DNA of 64,000 nucleotides from Myxococcota bacterium. GTDB taxonomy: Bacteria > Myxococcota_A > SURF-8. This document shows positions 38,707-49,794 of this stretch, one piece after another. The position numbers and the translations under genes are program-made. The notes beneath the pieces were generated by a model. The model was not told the DNA's origin and searched no databases. It saw only the letters and a program-made list of their open reading frames with translations. Position 1 is the stretch's first letter; each line of letters opens with the position of its first letter. Where the stretch lies: the NCBI GenBank assembly GCA_965140415.1, contig OZ223209.1:320001-384000 (forward strand). Reading direction: 5' to 3'.

Positions 38707-39429
38707 ATGGAACGAAACAACGGTTCCGTTGCCGGGGCGGGCTTGTTTATTGCAATCGGTCTCATCGTTTCCAGCTTCATTATGGGAAAAGCGCTGATCG
38801 ATTTCAAGTCGGTGGACCGCGTGGTGACGGTGAAAGGTCTTGCGGAGCGCGAAGTAAATGCCGATCTGGTGATCTGGCCATTGACTTTTGAAGATGCCGA
38901 CAACGATCTGAAACGCCTGAATCAGCGTATTCTGAAAAAGCGCGATGCCATCGCGGAATTTCTGAAACAGGCACAGGTTAGCCAGGAAGATCTGTCGTTT
39001 CCTCCGCCGCAGATGGTCGACTTCCAATCCACCCGCTACGTGGGAGACAATCGACACCGCGACATGCGCTACCAGGCGCGCGTGACGGTGGCGGTGCGCA
39101 GTCAGCAGGTCGATGCGGTGCGCAAGCTGATGCAGCGCACCACGGAATTGGTGGATCAAGGCATTGTGATTGTTGAGGAAGACTACCAGAACCGCAGCGA
39201 GTTTCTGTTTACGGGACTAAACGAAATCAAACCGGCCATGATCGAACAGGCCACAAAGAATGCGCGCGAGGCAGCGGAGAAATTCGCCAAGGATTCAGGC
39301 AGTGCAGTCGGCAAGATCAAAAACGCCAGGCAGGGTCTGTTTTCCGTAACCAATCGGGATCACAACTCGCCGTACCGCAAAAAGGTGCGCGTCGTCACGA
39401 CGGTGGACTATTACCTGATCGACGAATAG
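38707..39429 (+). CDS. SIMPL (DUF541) domain protein
   Basis: RVVTVKGLAEREVNAD, ATKNAREAAEKFAKDS, KKVRVVTTVDY. Confidence 0.9.
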   Translation: MERNNGSVAGAGLFIAIGLIVSSFIMGKALIDFKSVDRVVTVKGLAEREVNADLVIWPLTFEDADNDLKRLNQRILKKRDAIAEFLKQAQVSQEDLSFPPPQMVDFQSTRYVGDNRHRDMRYQARVTVAVRSQQVDAVRKLMQRTTELVDQGIVIVEEDYQNRSEFLFTGLNEIKPAMIEQATKNAREAAEKFAKDSGSAVGKIKNARQGLFSVTNRDHNSPYRKKVRVVTTVDYYLIDE

Positions 39430-39473
39430 AGGCGGTATGGATTCGGAATCTCCAATTGCTTCAAATTGCAGGT

Positions 39474-40025
39474 TTACTTGTTGCTGGCGGAAACGATTAA
39501 ATCGCCCAGGCGGCGAGACATGGCCAGGATTTTTCCCTTGCGGCGATTCTTGGTCATCATGCGCTTGAGCACGCCACCCGGATTGGCGAAACTGACGTAA
39601 TGGGCGTGTACGTATCCCGGATATTCCGCCGATGGAGTCAGTTTCCATTCTCCCTTGAACGCCACGAAATCGCCCTTGATGCGGTTCCAGCGCAGATGGT
39701 GCTTGCCGTCGTCCTGCTTGACTTCACAAATCACGCTTAATGCGCCAAACGGATGTTTGAAACGATATTCGCGTTGCGTAAGCTGTCCGGCAACGGGAAA
39801 GAGCGTCAGGTTATCGAACATTTTGGGCGCGTTTTTCGAATCCGTCAGGACTGCCCAGATCGTATCGATGTCTGCCTTGTAATACGCATCCAACACGATG
39901 CCCACTTCTCCGCTTTCTTCGATAAACGAAATTTTAGGTGGAGCGGAAGAATCGGCAGCCCACGCCAGCGCATAAAACAGACAAAGCGAAAGCACCAAAA
40001 CGGTCAACAGAGTAATTCGTTTCAT
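39474..40025 (-). CDS. Secreted SRPBCC/START-like (polyketide cyclase family) protein
   Basis: Signal peptide AWA, IWAVLTD, W.RIKGDF..FKGEW. Confidence 0.7.
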   Translation of the reverse strand: MKRITLLTVLVLSLCLFYALAWAADSSAPPKISFIEESGEVGIVLDAYYKADIDTIWAVLTDSKNAPKMFDNLTLFPVAGQLTQREYRFKHPFGALSVICEVKQDDGKHHLRWNRIKGDFVAFKGEWKLTPSAEYPGYVHAHYVSFANPGGVLKRMMTKNRRKGKILAMSRRLGDLIVSASNK

Positions 40026-40107
40026 GATCGTTCTTACCTTTTTTACAACATACTAAGCAAACTATGTATTTTGTATAACATTACAAATAGCATTAATATC
40101 CAATAGA

Positions 40108-40122
40108 TGGCAATAATTTTGC
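40108..40122 (+). promoter_or_regulatory. Candidate sigma54 promoter
   Basis: TGGCAA-TAATT-TTGC (GG-N10-GC) upstream of the VIT-vWA/FHA-EBP operon. Confidence 0.5.
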
Positions 40123-40141
40123 ATCTTCCTTATGCAAAGCC

Positions 40142-40203
40142 GTAGCGGAGGAGTGTAACCCCGCCGTTTTTCGAAGCATGGCGGGCTAACGCCTCGCCAC
40201 TAC
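40142..40203. repeat. REP family B inverted doublet (REPIN)
   Basis: GTAGCGGAGG...CCGCC then GGCGGGCTAACGCCTCGCCACTAC, whose reverse complement is 22/24 identical to 2611-2634. Confidence 0.85.
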
Positions 40204-40366
40204 AAATAAATGTAGAATTGATTTAAAGCAGCGCAGAGAATTCCCCGGATCTTAATTCACACCCCAGGAGATGTTAAAATAAAATCCATTCTTGTGACCT
40301 CACATAAAATTTCGTACACTTGATCGAAAGACGAATCCGCTTACCAAATAGAATCAGGAGGACGGG

Positions 40367-42892
40367 ATGCTGAACAGGAAAAATCGAATCTTGCAAAGCG
40401 TAGGGATGACGCTCTTGATCGCAGCCTTGGTCATGTTGTCACTCGGTTGTTTTGAAGACGAAGACGACGTTCAGGACACCGACGCCCAGGTGGAAAAAGA
40501 TCCCACGCCACCCGCCGTGGCACAAGTTGAACAGCGTAAGCCGTTGACCCCGGAACAGGTTGCAGCGCTCAACAAAGCTGTGGAACGCAAGAACAAGTTA
40601 TTGAAGCAAGCCTACGACAGCATGCCCGAGGGGGGTGAAAAGACGCTATCGCCCTATTTCTTCGTGCTCAGTGAAGATCCATCTTCCGAGCAGTTGCCGC
40701 TTAAATCCACCCGTGCGGACGTGCGTATCTCCGGCGTTATCGCCCAGGTGAACATCACCCAGGTTTATAAAAACAGCGGTGAAAAGACCATCGAAGCGAT
40801 CTACATTTTCCCGACGTCTTCCCAGGCGGCGCTGTACGCGATGAAGATGACCATCGGCGAGCGCACCATCATCGCCAAAATCCGTGAGCGTGAACAGGCG
40901 CGGCAGGAATACGAACAGGCAAAAGAAGAGGGTAAAACAGCCAGCTTGTTGGAGCAGCAGCGTCCCAACGTCTTCCAGATGAATGTCGCCAATATTCTGC
41001 CCGGCGACGAAATCAAGGTCGAGTTACAGTACACCGAATTGCTGGTTCCCGATGCAGGTGTGTACGAATTCGTGTATCCCGCCGTGGTGGGACCGCGCTA
41101 TTCCAACGTTCCAGAACAAAACGCGCCCGACACCGAAAAGTGGGTACAGAACCCCTACACCAAAGAAGGCGAGCAGGCGCTGTATACCTTCGGGCTGGAT
41201 CTGGATCTCATCAGCGGTCTGCCCATCGGCGAAGTCACTTGCCCCAGCCACGATATCAAGGCGGAATTCAGCGGTCCCAAAGCGGCGGCGGTACATCTGC
41301 CCGAAAGCACCGAATCCGGCAATCGCGATTTCGTGCTGAAGTATCGACTGGCTGGAGACAAGATCGAAGGCGGTCTGTTACTGTATCCCGGCGAAAAGGA
41401 AAACTTCTTCCTGTTGATGATGGAACCGCCCAAGCGTGTGGCCAAAAACGAAATCGTGCCGCGCGAATACACCTTCATTCTCGATGTCAGCGGCAGCATG
41501 CACGGCTTTCCCATCAATACCAGTAAGACCTTGATGCGCGAACTGTTCAGCAAGCTGCGCCCGACCGATTCCTTTAACGTCATGCTCTTTTCCGGCAACA
41601 ATTCGGTATTAAGCGAGAAAGCGCTTCCGGCGACCCAGGCCAACCTGGACAAAGCCATGCGCGTTATCGACCAGCAACGCGGCGGCGGTGGCACCGAACT
41701 GGTTCCGGCCATGAAACGCGCGATGGCGCTGCCTCGCATTGAGGGGCTCTCGCGCATTCTCATTCCGATCACAGATGGTTATGTCTCCGTTGAAAAAGAA
41801 GTGTTTCAGATCATCGCCGAGAACCTGAACGAAACGAACGTGTTTTCCTTCGGCATCGGTTCGTCCGTCAACCGTTTCCTGATCGAAGGCATGGCGCGCG
41901 CCGGTATGGGAGAACCCTTTATCCTGCTGGATGCAACGGGAGCCAAGGAAAAAGTGCTGAAGTTCCGCGACTACATCCAGAGCCCGGTATTGCAGGGAAT
42001 CCAGTCGGAATTTAACGACTTCGATGCCTACGACGTAGAGCCGATCGCCTTGCCGGATCTCTTTGCCGAAAAACCGGTCATCCTGTTCGGTAAATATCGC
42101 GGCAGCGCCAAGGGAGCCATCACCATCACCGGTCGTACTCCCAAGGGAGAATTCAAGCAGACCATTCAAGCGAAGAGCGGAACGAGTTCCAAGGAAAACG
42201 AGGCGTTGCGCTATTTGTGGGCGCGCCATCGCATCCTGCGTCTGTCCGACATGAACAAGTTGGACTCGACCGACGAGCGCAAGCAGGAAGTGACGAAACT
42301 GGGACTGGACTACAACCTGATGACCGAATTCACCTCGTTTGTCGCCATCGATTCGCTGGTGCGCGCCACGGAGAAAGGCGAAACCGTTACCCAGCCTCTA
42401 CCGCTGCCGCAGGGCGTCGGCAATCTGGCTGTGGGTGCCAGCATGGGTGGAAAGCGTCGTATGCTGCGCAGTCCCACCTCTTCCAGAAAAATTATCGCGG
42501 AAGAAGCTTCGATCGATGTCGATGAAGCGGAACCTGCTCCCGTAAAAGCGCCGGTCGGTAAAGTGACGCTGCTGGCGGACGAATTGACCATCAGTGGCGA
42601 CTGGAACAAAAAGAAAGTGATGAAGGCATTACTGCGTAGCCGTCCGAAACTGAAGCTCTGTTATGAAGATCAGTTGGCGACCAATCCGAAACTGGGCGGC
42701 AAAGTCGTGGTGGAAATCAAGCTGGACGAAAAAGGCCAGGTACAATCCGTGGCGATTATCGTTTCGGGGTTGGGTAGCGTTCAGGCCGATGCCTGCATCC
42801 TGGAGCAACTGAAGAAAGTGCGTTTCCCGAAACCGGGTAGTGCAAAACCGGCGACGATACGCGCCAGCTTCAGCTTCGAAGTGAAGAAATAG
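40367..42892 (+). CDS. Lipoprotein with VIT, vWA and C-terminal AgmX/PglI (TonB-C-like) domains
   Basis: Lipobox SLGC, VIT ([17 protein letters not shown]), MIDAS DVSGSM/GGT/TDG, FTSFVA, CYE..L...P.L.GKV...C....FPKP. Confidence 0.85.
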   Translation: MLNRKNRILQSVGMTLLIAALVMLSLGCFEDEDDVQDTDAQVEKDPTPPAVAQVEQRKPLTPEQVAALNKAVERKNKLLKQAYDSMPEGGEKTLSPYFFVLSEDPSSEQLPLKSTRADVRISGVIAQVNITQVYKNSGEKTIEAIYIFPTSSQAALYAMKMTIGERTIIAKIREREQARQEYEQAKEEGKTASLLEQQRPNVFQMNVANILPGDEIKVELQYTELLVPDAGVYEFVYPAVVGPRYSNVPEQNAPDTEKWVQNPYTKEGEQALYTFGLDLDLISGLPIGEVTCPSHDIKAEFSGPKAAAVHLPESTESGNRDFVLKYRLAGDKIEGGLLLYPGEKENFFLLMMEPPKRVAKNEIVPREYTFILDVSGSMHGFPINTSKTLMRELFSKLRPTDSFNVMLFSGNNSVLSEKALPATQANLDKAMRVIDQQRGGGGTELVPAMKRAMALPRIEGLSRILIPITDGYVSVEKEVFQIIAENLNETNVFSFGIGSSVNRFLIEGMARAGMGEPFILLDATGAKEKVLKFRDYIQSPVLQGIQSEFNDFDAYDVEPIALPDLFAEKPVILFGKYRGSAKGAITITGRTPKGEFKQTIQAKSGTSSKENEALRYLWARHRILRLSDMNKLDSTDERKQEVTKLGLDYNLMTEFTSFVAIDSLVRATEKGETVTQPLPLPQGVGNLAVGASMGGKRRMLRSPTSSRKIIAEEASIDVDEAEPAPVKAPVGKVTLLADELTISGDWNKKKVMKALLRSRPKLKLCYEDQLATNPKLGGKVVVEIKLDEKGQVQSVAIIVSGLGSVQADACILEQLKKVRFPKPGSAKPATIRASFSFEVKK

Positions 42893-42899
42893 GCTAGGA

Positions 42900-44570
42900 T
42901 TGAAAGAGGCTGAAATACCCCGCTCTTTTGAGGAGGCTGTCATCGAATCCAAGCAACCCGTGCTCGAAATTTCCATCGGCGGTCACGCGCCGGTCATGCT
43001 GCCGTTAACGGAACGTCGCCTGCGTCTGGGTCAGAGTCCCTTCAACGATCTGAGCTTTCCTGATGCGCCCATCGCACGACAGCAATGCGAACTGTTGCGG
43101 CAGAAGCGCAGCTATAGCCTGTCGGATCGTTCCGGAGTGGGCACCTGGATCAACGGTCATAGCGCCACCGAACATGAACTGGCGGAAGGCGACCGCATCG
43201 AGCTTGGCGATGTGACGCTTCGCTACCACCTGCAACAGGTTCACACCGATAACCTTGTATCGGATAAAACTGCGATTTTGGCGAGTCCGCGCAAACAGCC
43301 GACAAGCAGGCGATTGAGTTGGACCGTCAATGGCGAGAAATTTCGACGCACGATCGAAGAACCGTTGTTGATCGGCGCATCCCATGACAATCACATCCAA
43401 CTCACCGATTCCTACGTTTCCGGTCGCCACTGCCAGTTGATTCCCACCGATCAGGGGGTCGTGCTGCGCGATCTATACAGCACCAACGGCACCTGGATCG
43501 ACGAGTTGCGCGTCGGCGAGGTGATTCTTCCGGCGAAACAGCGTTTTCGCATCGGCCAAACGGATTTTCTTTTCGAGGGCGACTCTCCCGCCGAACAGAG
43601 CCGACAGCCTTCTTCCTTTTACGGACTAGTGGGCTCGCATCCTTCCATGATGAATCTGCACCGTGCATTGCAGCGGGTGGCGCCTTTATCCGATCCAGTG
43701 CTGCTATACGGTGAAACCGGCTGCGGCAAGGAACTGGCCGCCCGTGCGATTCACGAGCAGTCGTCACGCGCCGCACAGCCTTTCGTTGCCGTTAATTGCG
43801 GCGCATTGGCGGCGCAGTTGATCGAATCGGAACTGTTCGGACATGAAAAAGGGGCCTTTACCGGTGCGACCCGCAAACACACGGGCGCTTTCGACGCCGC
43901 GAAAGATGGTACGGTCTTTTTGGATGAAATCGGCGAACTGCCGCTGGAATTGCAACCCAAACTATTACGCGCTCTAGAGCAGGCAGAAGTCAGACCGGTG
44001 GGTAGCGAACGCGTTCACCACCACAAGGCGCGCATCATTGCAGCCACCAACCGCGATCTGGCGGAAATGGTGCAGGAAGGCTCGTTCCGAAAGGATCTGT
44101 TTTACCGGCTTTCCGTGTTACCGATTACCATTTCACCGCTGCGTGAACGTCGCGAGGACATCCCGTTACTGACCGAACATTTTCTGCGTGCGGCGGGAAA
44201 GAACCTGCGCCTGTCTAAAGCGGCTTCGGAAACCTTGTTCTACTATTACTGGCCGGGGAACGTGCGCGAACTGAAAAACGCCGTCACCGCCAGCTTGTGT
44301 TATCACCCGGAAGCGGTGCAGCAGGGCTTATTGGACGACGAGCACCTGGTGTTAAACGGTCCCGGAGTATTGACAGCGGCACTGAAACAAGAAACCGCTG
44401 CGAATTCACAAGGATATCAGGGGCAAACCTTGCAGGAAGTGGAAACCGACCTGATTCGGGAAGCCTTGCTCTACTTCGACGGCAACAAGAGTCAAGTCAG
44501 CCGCGCACTGGGTATCAGTAAATCCACATTATACGAACGCATTCGACGCTATAGGCTGGAAGATCACTGA
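42900..44570 (+). CDS. FHA-FHA sigma54 enhancer-binding protein
   Basis: Two FHA-like domains (SGRH, STNGT in the second), [17 protein letters not shown]. Confidence 0.92.
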   Translation: MKEAEIPRSFEEAVIESKQPVLEISIGGHAPVMLPLTERRLRLGQSPFNDLSFPDAPIARQQCELLRQKRSYSLSDRSGVGTWINGHSATEHELAEGDRIELGDVTLRYHLQQVHTDNLVSDKTAILASPRKQPTSRRLSWTVNGEKFRRTIEEPLLIGASHDNHIQLTDSYVSGRHCQLIPTDQGVVLRDLYSTNGTWIDELRVGEVILPAKQRFRIGQTDFLFEGDSPAEQSRQPSSFYGLVGSHPSMMNLHRALQRVAPLSDPVLLYGETGCGKELAARAIHEQSSRAAQPFVAVNCGALAAQLIESELFGHEKGAFTGATRKHTGAFDAAKDGTVFLDEIGELPLELQPKLLRALEQAEVRPVGSERVHHHKARIIAATNRDLAEMVQEGSFRKDLFYRLSVLPITISPLRERREDIPLLTEHFLRAAGKNLRLSKAASETLFYYYWPGNVRELKNAVTASLCYHPEAVQQGLLDDEHLVLNGPGVLTAALKQETAANSQGYQGQTLQEVETDLIREALLYFDGNKSQVSRALGISKSTLYERIRRYRLEDH

Positions 44571-44613
44571 AAGTTATTCCGAACGTACACCGCTTCTAAA
44601 GGAAACAGGTATC

Positions 44614-46239
44614 ATGCAGAATTCGACATCATCTTCACGCTGGTTATGTCTTCTACTTATTTCTTTGATTGCCTTCGCATGTGGTGACAGCAACGACTCC
44701 GGCAATGAACCGGATGGCGACAGCGACGTAGTGGAAACGGAAGAGATCGAGCTGGAACCCGTGCCGGAGGGAGAAAAAGTAGCGCTTACTTTGGACATTG
44801 AAACTCCCATTGCTACCGTGAGCGACAAGTTCCTTTCCTTTGCCGTCGATACCTCGCAGGTCGTGGGCGGTCACTGGTGGTCGGAGGGGCAACCCGCTGG
44901 AACGGTGGGCGCGCAGTTATGCGATCCATATGATTTTTCCCGTCCAAAATTGCGTTTGCTCGCAAAAGCGTTGGCTCCGGCTTATTTACGCATCGGAGGT
45001 TCGGAAGCGGATGTGGTGGCCTACGATCTGACCGACGATCCGCCCGAAGACGCTCCCGAACCCTTTGAATTCGTCTTTTCAAAACAACGCTGGGATGCCG
45101 TCAACCAGTTCGCGATGGATATGGGTTTCGAGGTTTTCTTTACTTTGAACGCCGGACCCGGCTGCCGTAACGAGGACAAGTCCTGGAACCCTGAATGCGC
45201 CAGAGAATGGATGCAATACACCCGCGAACAAGAATACCCAGTATCCATCTGGGAACTGGGAAACGAGATTAACGGTTACCCGCTGTTTCACGGTTTTGAA
45301 TGGACGATCAGCGGGGAGCAATACGCTGCGGATATCGCCAAACTCGACGATCTTCGAGACAGCGTGGACCCTCAAACTTTGATTGCCGGACCTTCCTGCG
45401 CTTTCTGGCCGCTCTGGGGTGAGATGGCGGCGATTTATCCCGATTTCATGGCGGCAGACGGAGGAAGCCTGCTCGATGTGATTACCTGGCATTACTACCC
45501 GCAGCAGTCCGAACGCTGCCCGCTGCAAAGCCTGCCAGCCGAAGAATATACGATGCTGGACCCGACAAACCTGAATGAAATCAACACCTGGGCCGATCAG
45601 GTCGAGGAAGCACGAGAAGGCGCGGCTGCTGAAACTCCGGTGTGGCTGGGCGAATCCGGCAATGCGCAATGTGGCGGTCAGGTTGGCGTATCGGATCGTT
45701 TCGTCTCAAGCTTCTGGTGGCTCGATCAACTGGGACAGATGGCCAATCGCGGACAGCCGGTGGTCGTCCGCCAGTCGCTCTCCGGTTCCGATTACGGCAT
45801 GATCAATGACAGCACTTTGGAACCTCGACCCGACTACTGGATGTCGCTGTTATGGAAACGGAATATGGGAGAACGAGTGCTGCAAGTACGGGAAAAAAGC
45901 TCGCTACTGCGTAGCTACGCGCACTGCCTGCCCTCCTTTGATGAGGATTCCACCGGCGGGGTGGCCGTGCTGCTGTTGAATCTGGACCGGGAGAATTCGG
46001 TTATCGCAACGCTGGAACAATTGCCGAGCTCGTTTGAGGTATATGAAATCAGTGCCCCCGATCTGTTGGGGTACGACGTTCGACTGAACGGCGAAACCTT
46101 GCAGGTTCCTGAAGATGGCCCGCTACCTGTGCTGGAGCCGATTCTGGTGCATCACGGCAACCCGGCCTGGTTTGAAGTCCAACCGACCAGCATGGTGTTT
46201 ATGCGCTTTACGGATGCGGATCTGCCGGCTTGTCGCTGA
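44614..46239 (+). CDS. Glycoside hydrolase family 79 (heparanase/beta-glucuronidase-like) lipoprotein
   Basis: Lipobox AFAC, YLRIGGS, WELGNE, WLGES, WWLDQLG, PRPDYW. Confidence 0.88.
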   Translation: MQNSTSSSRWLCLLLISLIAFACGDSNDSGNEPDGDSDVVETEEIELEPVPEGEKVALTLDIETPIATVSDKFLSFAVDTSQVVGGHWWSEGQPAGTVGAQLCDPYDFSRPKLRLLAKALAPAYLRIGGSEADVVAYDLTDDPPEDAPEPFEFVFSKQRWDAVNQFAMDMGFEVFFTLNAGPGCRNEDKSWNPECAREWMQYTREQEYPVSIWELGNEINGYPLFHGFEWTISGEQYAADIAKLDDLRDSVDPQTLIAGPSCAFWPLWGEMAAIYPDFMAADGGSLLDVITWHYYPQQSERCPLQSLPAEEYTMLDPTNLNEINTWADQVEEAREGAAAETPVWLGESGNAQCGGQVGVSDRFVSSFWWLDQLGQMANRGQPVVVRQSLSGSDYGMINDSTLEPRPDYWMSLLWKRNMGERVLQVREKSSLLRSYAHCLPSFDEDSTGGVAVLLLNLDRENSVIATLEQLPSSFEVYEISAPDLLGYDVRLNGETLQVPEDGPLPVLEPILVHHGNPAWFEVQPTSMVFMRFTDADLPACR

Positions 46240-46343
46240 AAATGCTTGAAGTTCACAAAGCCTTCCGCATCTTGAAGCCGCTTGTGGTAGGATAGCCGTC
46301 ACATTGAGAACGGAAACGCGACTGAATCGACAAGGAACGAAAC

Positions 46344-47333
46344 ATGGCGAAACATAAGGAGAAAGAAGTCAAATCGGGTATCCAGCTAACGCAAGGTATC
46401 CGCGAGATGAGCCAGGGCAAGCCCATGCTTGGCGTGGCTTTCGGCAAACGCATGAAGATCGCCATGCTGATTTTGCTGGTGGCTTCGACCTTGGGAATTC
46501 TGTTTCTGGGCTTAGGCACCAATGCCTACGTCGGTATTGCGGTGGGTGGTATGCTGCTGGCGTTGCCGATTCTGGTGCTGGTTCAGAATTATTTCTTGGA
46601 TATGGAAGTCAGCCGTAACAAGAAGAACGTGGTTTTTGTGTTGATCGTCGCTCTGATTCTGGCTACCGGCTATCCGCTTATCACTCCGCTATTGCCTGGA
46701 CGCTTTGCCCTGGATGCGTCGTTTTCGAAAGTAGGCGAAAGTTTTAATATCACGCCGCAAACAGGTGGTGAGCGAGAATGGATGGTGGATGTTGAAGGAA
46801 CGCTAGAGCCGGTTGAAGCTCCTTATGATGTTCCCTATGTTCTGCGTATCGGGGATCGGCGTCACACTTTGATCAAGGGTAGCTTGTATCGAGGCTGGGA
46901 TGACGCCACTGCCAAAGATCGCCAATTGATCGATGTGGAGAGTCGTCGCCATACGCTTAGCATCGATTTAGGTGGCAACCCCACACTCGAACTGGTGGAG
47001 CAGAATGGTCCCCTGGTTGGACCGTTGAAAGTCACCATTCACAAACCGACGGTCCCCTGGATTTACCTGCTGCTGGTCGGAATTCCATTGCTGCTGGTCG
47101 GAGCGGCTATCGATTTGTCCGAAGCTCCCAAGATCAAGCAGACTTTAGTGAGCAACATCGTGGGATTTATGCTGATTTTCAGCTTTACCTACGCCATTCA
47201 TTTCAATGCGGAAGCCTGGTTCGGTCCGGCATTGCTATCGTTATTGGGTGGCGTGGTCGGCGCATTCTTTATGGGCTGGGCGGCTCCGACTTTTTTGGGA
47301 CCGATCGCCAAGCGGCTTCCCGGTGTGAAGTAA
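46344..47333 (+). CDS. Multi-pass membrane hypothetical protein
   Basis: Three TMs, a soluble loop, three TMs; AAGGA RBS. Confidence 0.7.
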   Translation: MAKHKEKEVKSGIQLTQGIREMSQGKPMLGVAFGKRMKIAMLILLVASTLGILFLGLGTNAYVGIAVGGMLLALPILVLVQNYFLDMEVSRNKKNVVFVLIVALILATGYPLITPLLPGRFALDASFSKVGESFNITPQTGGEREWMVDVEGTLEPVEAPYDVPYVLRIGDRRHTLIKGSLYRGWDDATAKDRQLIDVESRRHTLSIDLGGNPTLELVEQNGPLVGPLKVTIHKPTVPWIYLLLVGIPLLLVGAAIDLSEAPKIKQTLVSNIVGFMLIFSFTYAIHFNAEAWFGPALLSLLGGVVGAFFMGWAAPTFLGPIAKRLPGVK

Positions 47334-47356
47334 GCTAAGCAGCAAACCTGCCACGG

Positions 47357-49654
47357 TTATTTATAGTGGCAGAACTCTTCGACCATGCATAAGGTGTAAT
47401 TGTTGTCGATCTCTTCGCAACAGGAAGCACCATAGAATTGTGGGTCGCAGTCTTCCATCTCCTGGCACTCTTCCGTGCAAAAGCTGACACCGCAATAACC
47501 ATTGGCACATTCAGCGTGACTGCCTAAATAATTTTGGCAATCCAGACTCGAAGTGCAGCTCACCGCCTGTCCCGAGCTTTCGTCGGCGTAGAATCCAATG
47601 CAGTAAAGGCCACTGCCGCAGTCTCCAGCATCGGCATGCACCAGGCCGAAGGAACAGGTTTCTCCGGCATCCCTTGTACCCTGGCCGTAACAAAAGGCCG
47701 GCAGCAAGCAATAGCCAGGATCGTTATCCTGACAACAGGCACCTTGCCCGTAGATATCCGCCGAGCAGTCGGAGTTGCTGTTGCAGGCGGCGGTGCACCA
47801 ACTCACACCACAATACCCTTGGATGCACTGTCCCAGATTTCCGAAGTATTGTTCACAATCCGCAGCGAAGTTGCAGGGCAGCGGCGTGTCATCGTTCAGC
47901 CAGATACCGGCGCATTCCAGATCGTCGGCGCATACTCCGGCCTGGGAATTGATTTGGCCGAAACTACAGGTTTCTCCTTCCTGTCGGATGACTTCCCCTT
48001 GGCATAATACCGGCAGCAGGCATACTTCTTCGCCGGGATTGCCGCCGCAGCAGGAATCCAGGCCATAGCTGTCCATATCGCAGTGCTCTTCGGCATAACA
48101 GGCTCTGGTACACCAACTCAACCCACAGTAGCCGTTGACGCATTGCGTGTTGCCCGCACCGAAAATGTGCTCGCAGTCAAGATCTCGCGTACAGGGTAAC
48201 TCCATTTCGACTGGCCATGAGCCGTCGAACATCAAGCCCGTACAGAAGAAATGATCGTCAGCACACTCACTTTCGTTTGGGAAAATATCGCCAAAACGGC
48301 AGGGTTCTCCTGCCCGCTGTGTTGGTGGGAAATCGCAGAACTCGAAACGATAACACGAGTTGCCGTAAGTTCTATGCACGCAGCAACCACCGTCCGGTCC
48401 GAAGCCGCTGTCGGGGCAGTCTACGTCTTCTTCGCAGTTGCGCGTACAGAAGCTGTAGCCGCAATACCCTTCGGCGCAATCACCTGTCACACCGAATAGC
48501 ACACGGCATTCCTGATCGGTTTCACAGGTGATGGCCGAAAAACCGTCGTTGGAATAGGCATTTAAGCAGCGTAAATCTTCCGCGCAGGAATTGTATTCCA
48601 TGTTCAGTGGATAGGAAGGACAAGGTTCGCCAGCCTGTTGAAATTCCTCTTCTTCGCAGAACTCGAACCGATAACACATGCTGCCGCCCCCAACCGGTCC
48701 ACAGCAACCGCCATTCGGCCCGTAGCCCGGGTCCGTGCAATCGTTATCTTCATCGCAATTTCTGGTGCACCAACTTACTCCACAATAGCCGTTGACGCAG
48801 TCGCTGTTCGCACCATAGGCAGACTGGCAATCCTGCACCGAAGAACAGGGAATCCCGGCAGAACCACTGTTGGCGAAAACGCCGACACAGGAAAGAGCAC
48901 TGTTACAATATTCCGCATCGATATTCACATCTTCAAAAGTGCATGGTTTTCCCTCATTCCAGTCGCCATCAACAGTTCCGCAATATTCTTCCAGATAACA
49001 TGCCTTTGAGCCTCCAATTGGTCCGCAACAGCCTCCATAGGTGGTTCCGTATCCCGTGTCCATGCAATCCTGATCCACCTCGCAATCTTTAGCGCACCAA
49101 CTGACACCACAATAGCCCTCGGCGCAATCGGCGTGGGAGCCAAAATGAGAGAGACAATCCTGTATCGAAGAGCAGGGAATCACAGATGAGCTGTTGGTGT
49201 CATTTGCGTATGCACCGATACAATTTAAACCGGCAACGCAAGCTCCTGCATCGGCATGTACCGGACCGTAGGTGCAAATCTCTCCGGCCAGCTGCAAATC
49301 GGGAGCATCTCCGTCTACTGGTTGATCTCCATCTATTGGCAGGTCACCGTCTACCGGTTGATCGCCGTCTATCGGCAGGTCTCCGTCTACCGGTTGATCG
49401 CCATCTATTGGCAGGTCACCGTCCACAGGCAGATCCCCATCTATTGTTATGTCGCCATCGACTGGTTGATCTCCATCCGTAAACGGCTGGTCCTTATCCG
49501 CCGGGGAGTCGTCGCCATCCGAGACCGAGTCGCCGTCTGTGGGGACCGAATCGCCTTGCGAGAAAATGATCACATCATCGGAGGCGCAACCACCGATATA
49601 AAACACGACTAAAAGAATCCAGAACGCCGCCATCGACCGAAATACAGACATCAT
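47357..49654 (-). CDS. Cys-rich repeat lipoprotein with DGD hexapeptide linker
   Basis: Lipobox IGGC, ten DGDxxx units, six ~105-aa Cys-rich repeats; AAGGAG before ATG 49654. Confidence 0.85.
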   Translation of the reverse strand: MMSVFRSMAAFWILLVVFYIGGCASDDVIIFSQGDSVPTDGDSVSDGDDSPADKDQPFTDGDQPVDGDITIDGDLPVDGDLPIDGDQPVDGDLPIDGDQPVDGDLPIDGDQPVDGDAPDLQLAGEICTYGPVHADAGACVAGLNCIGAYANDTNSSSVIPCSSIQDCLSHFGSHADCAEGYCGVSWCAKDCEVDQDCMDTGYGTTYGGCCGPIGGSKACYLEEYCGTVDGDWNEGKPCTFEDVNIDAEYCNSALSCVGVFANSGSAGIPCSSVQDCQSAYGANSDCVNGYCGVSWCTRNCDEDNDCTDPGYGPNGGCCGPVGGGSMCYRFEFCEEEEFQQAGEPCPSYPLNMEYNSCAEDLRCLNAYSNDGFSAITCETDQECRVLFGVTGDCAEGYCGYSFCTRNCEEDVDCPDSGFGPDGGCCVHRTYGNSCYRFEFCDFPPTQRAGEPCRFGDIFPNESECADDHFFCTGLMFDGSWPVEMELPCTRDLDCEHIFGAGNTQCVNGYCGLSWCTRACYAEEHCDMDSYGLDSCCGGNPGEEVCLLPVLCQGEVIRQEGETCSFGQINSQAGVCADDLECAGIWLNDDTPLPCNFAADCEQYFGNLGQCIQGYCGVSWCTAACNSNSDCSADIYGQGACCQDNDPGYCLLPAFCYGQGTRDAGETCSFGLVHADAGDCGSGLYCIGFYADESSGQAVSCTSSLDCQNYLGSHAECANGYCGVSFCTEECQEMEDCDPQFYGASCCEEIDNNYTLCMVEEFCHYK
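49298..49477 (-). repeat. Coding 18-bp tandem repeat, 10 units
   Basis: Encodes DGDQPV/DGDLPI-type units with synonymous variation. Confidence 0.9.
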
Positions 49655-49794
49655 CGGCTCCTTCGCATACGAATCGAAAACGAAACCACCCTCCACACAT
49701 GCGGATCTCATTATGCAGAACAGCTTCGATTGTTACAGATTTGACGCAGGATTGCAAGTCTTACCGGGCGGGATGACGGAAAAGAGAAGTGTTT

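Noticed and set aside
49298-49477. Regular short repeats resembling a CRISPR array
   Set aside because: 18-bp in-frame coding units with synonymous variation, no unique spacers and no cas genes
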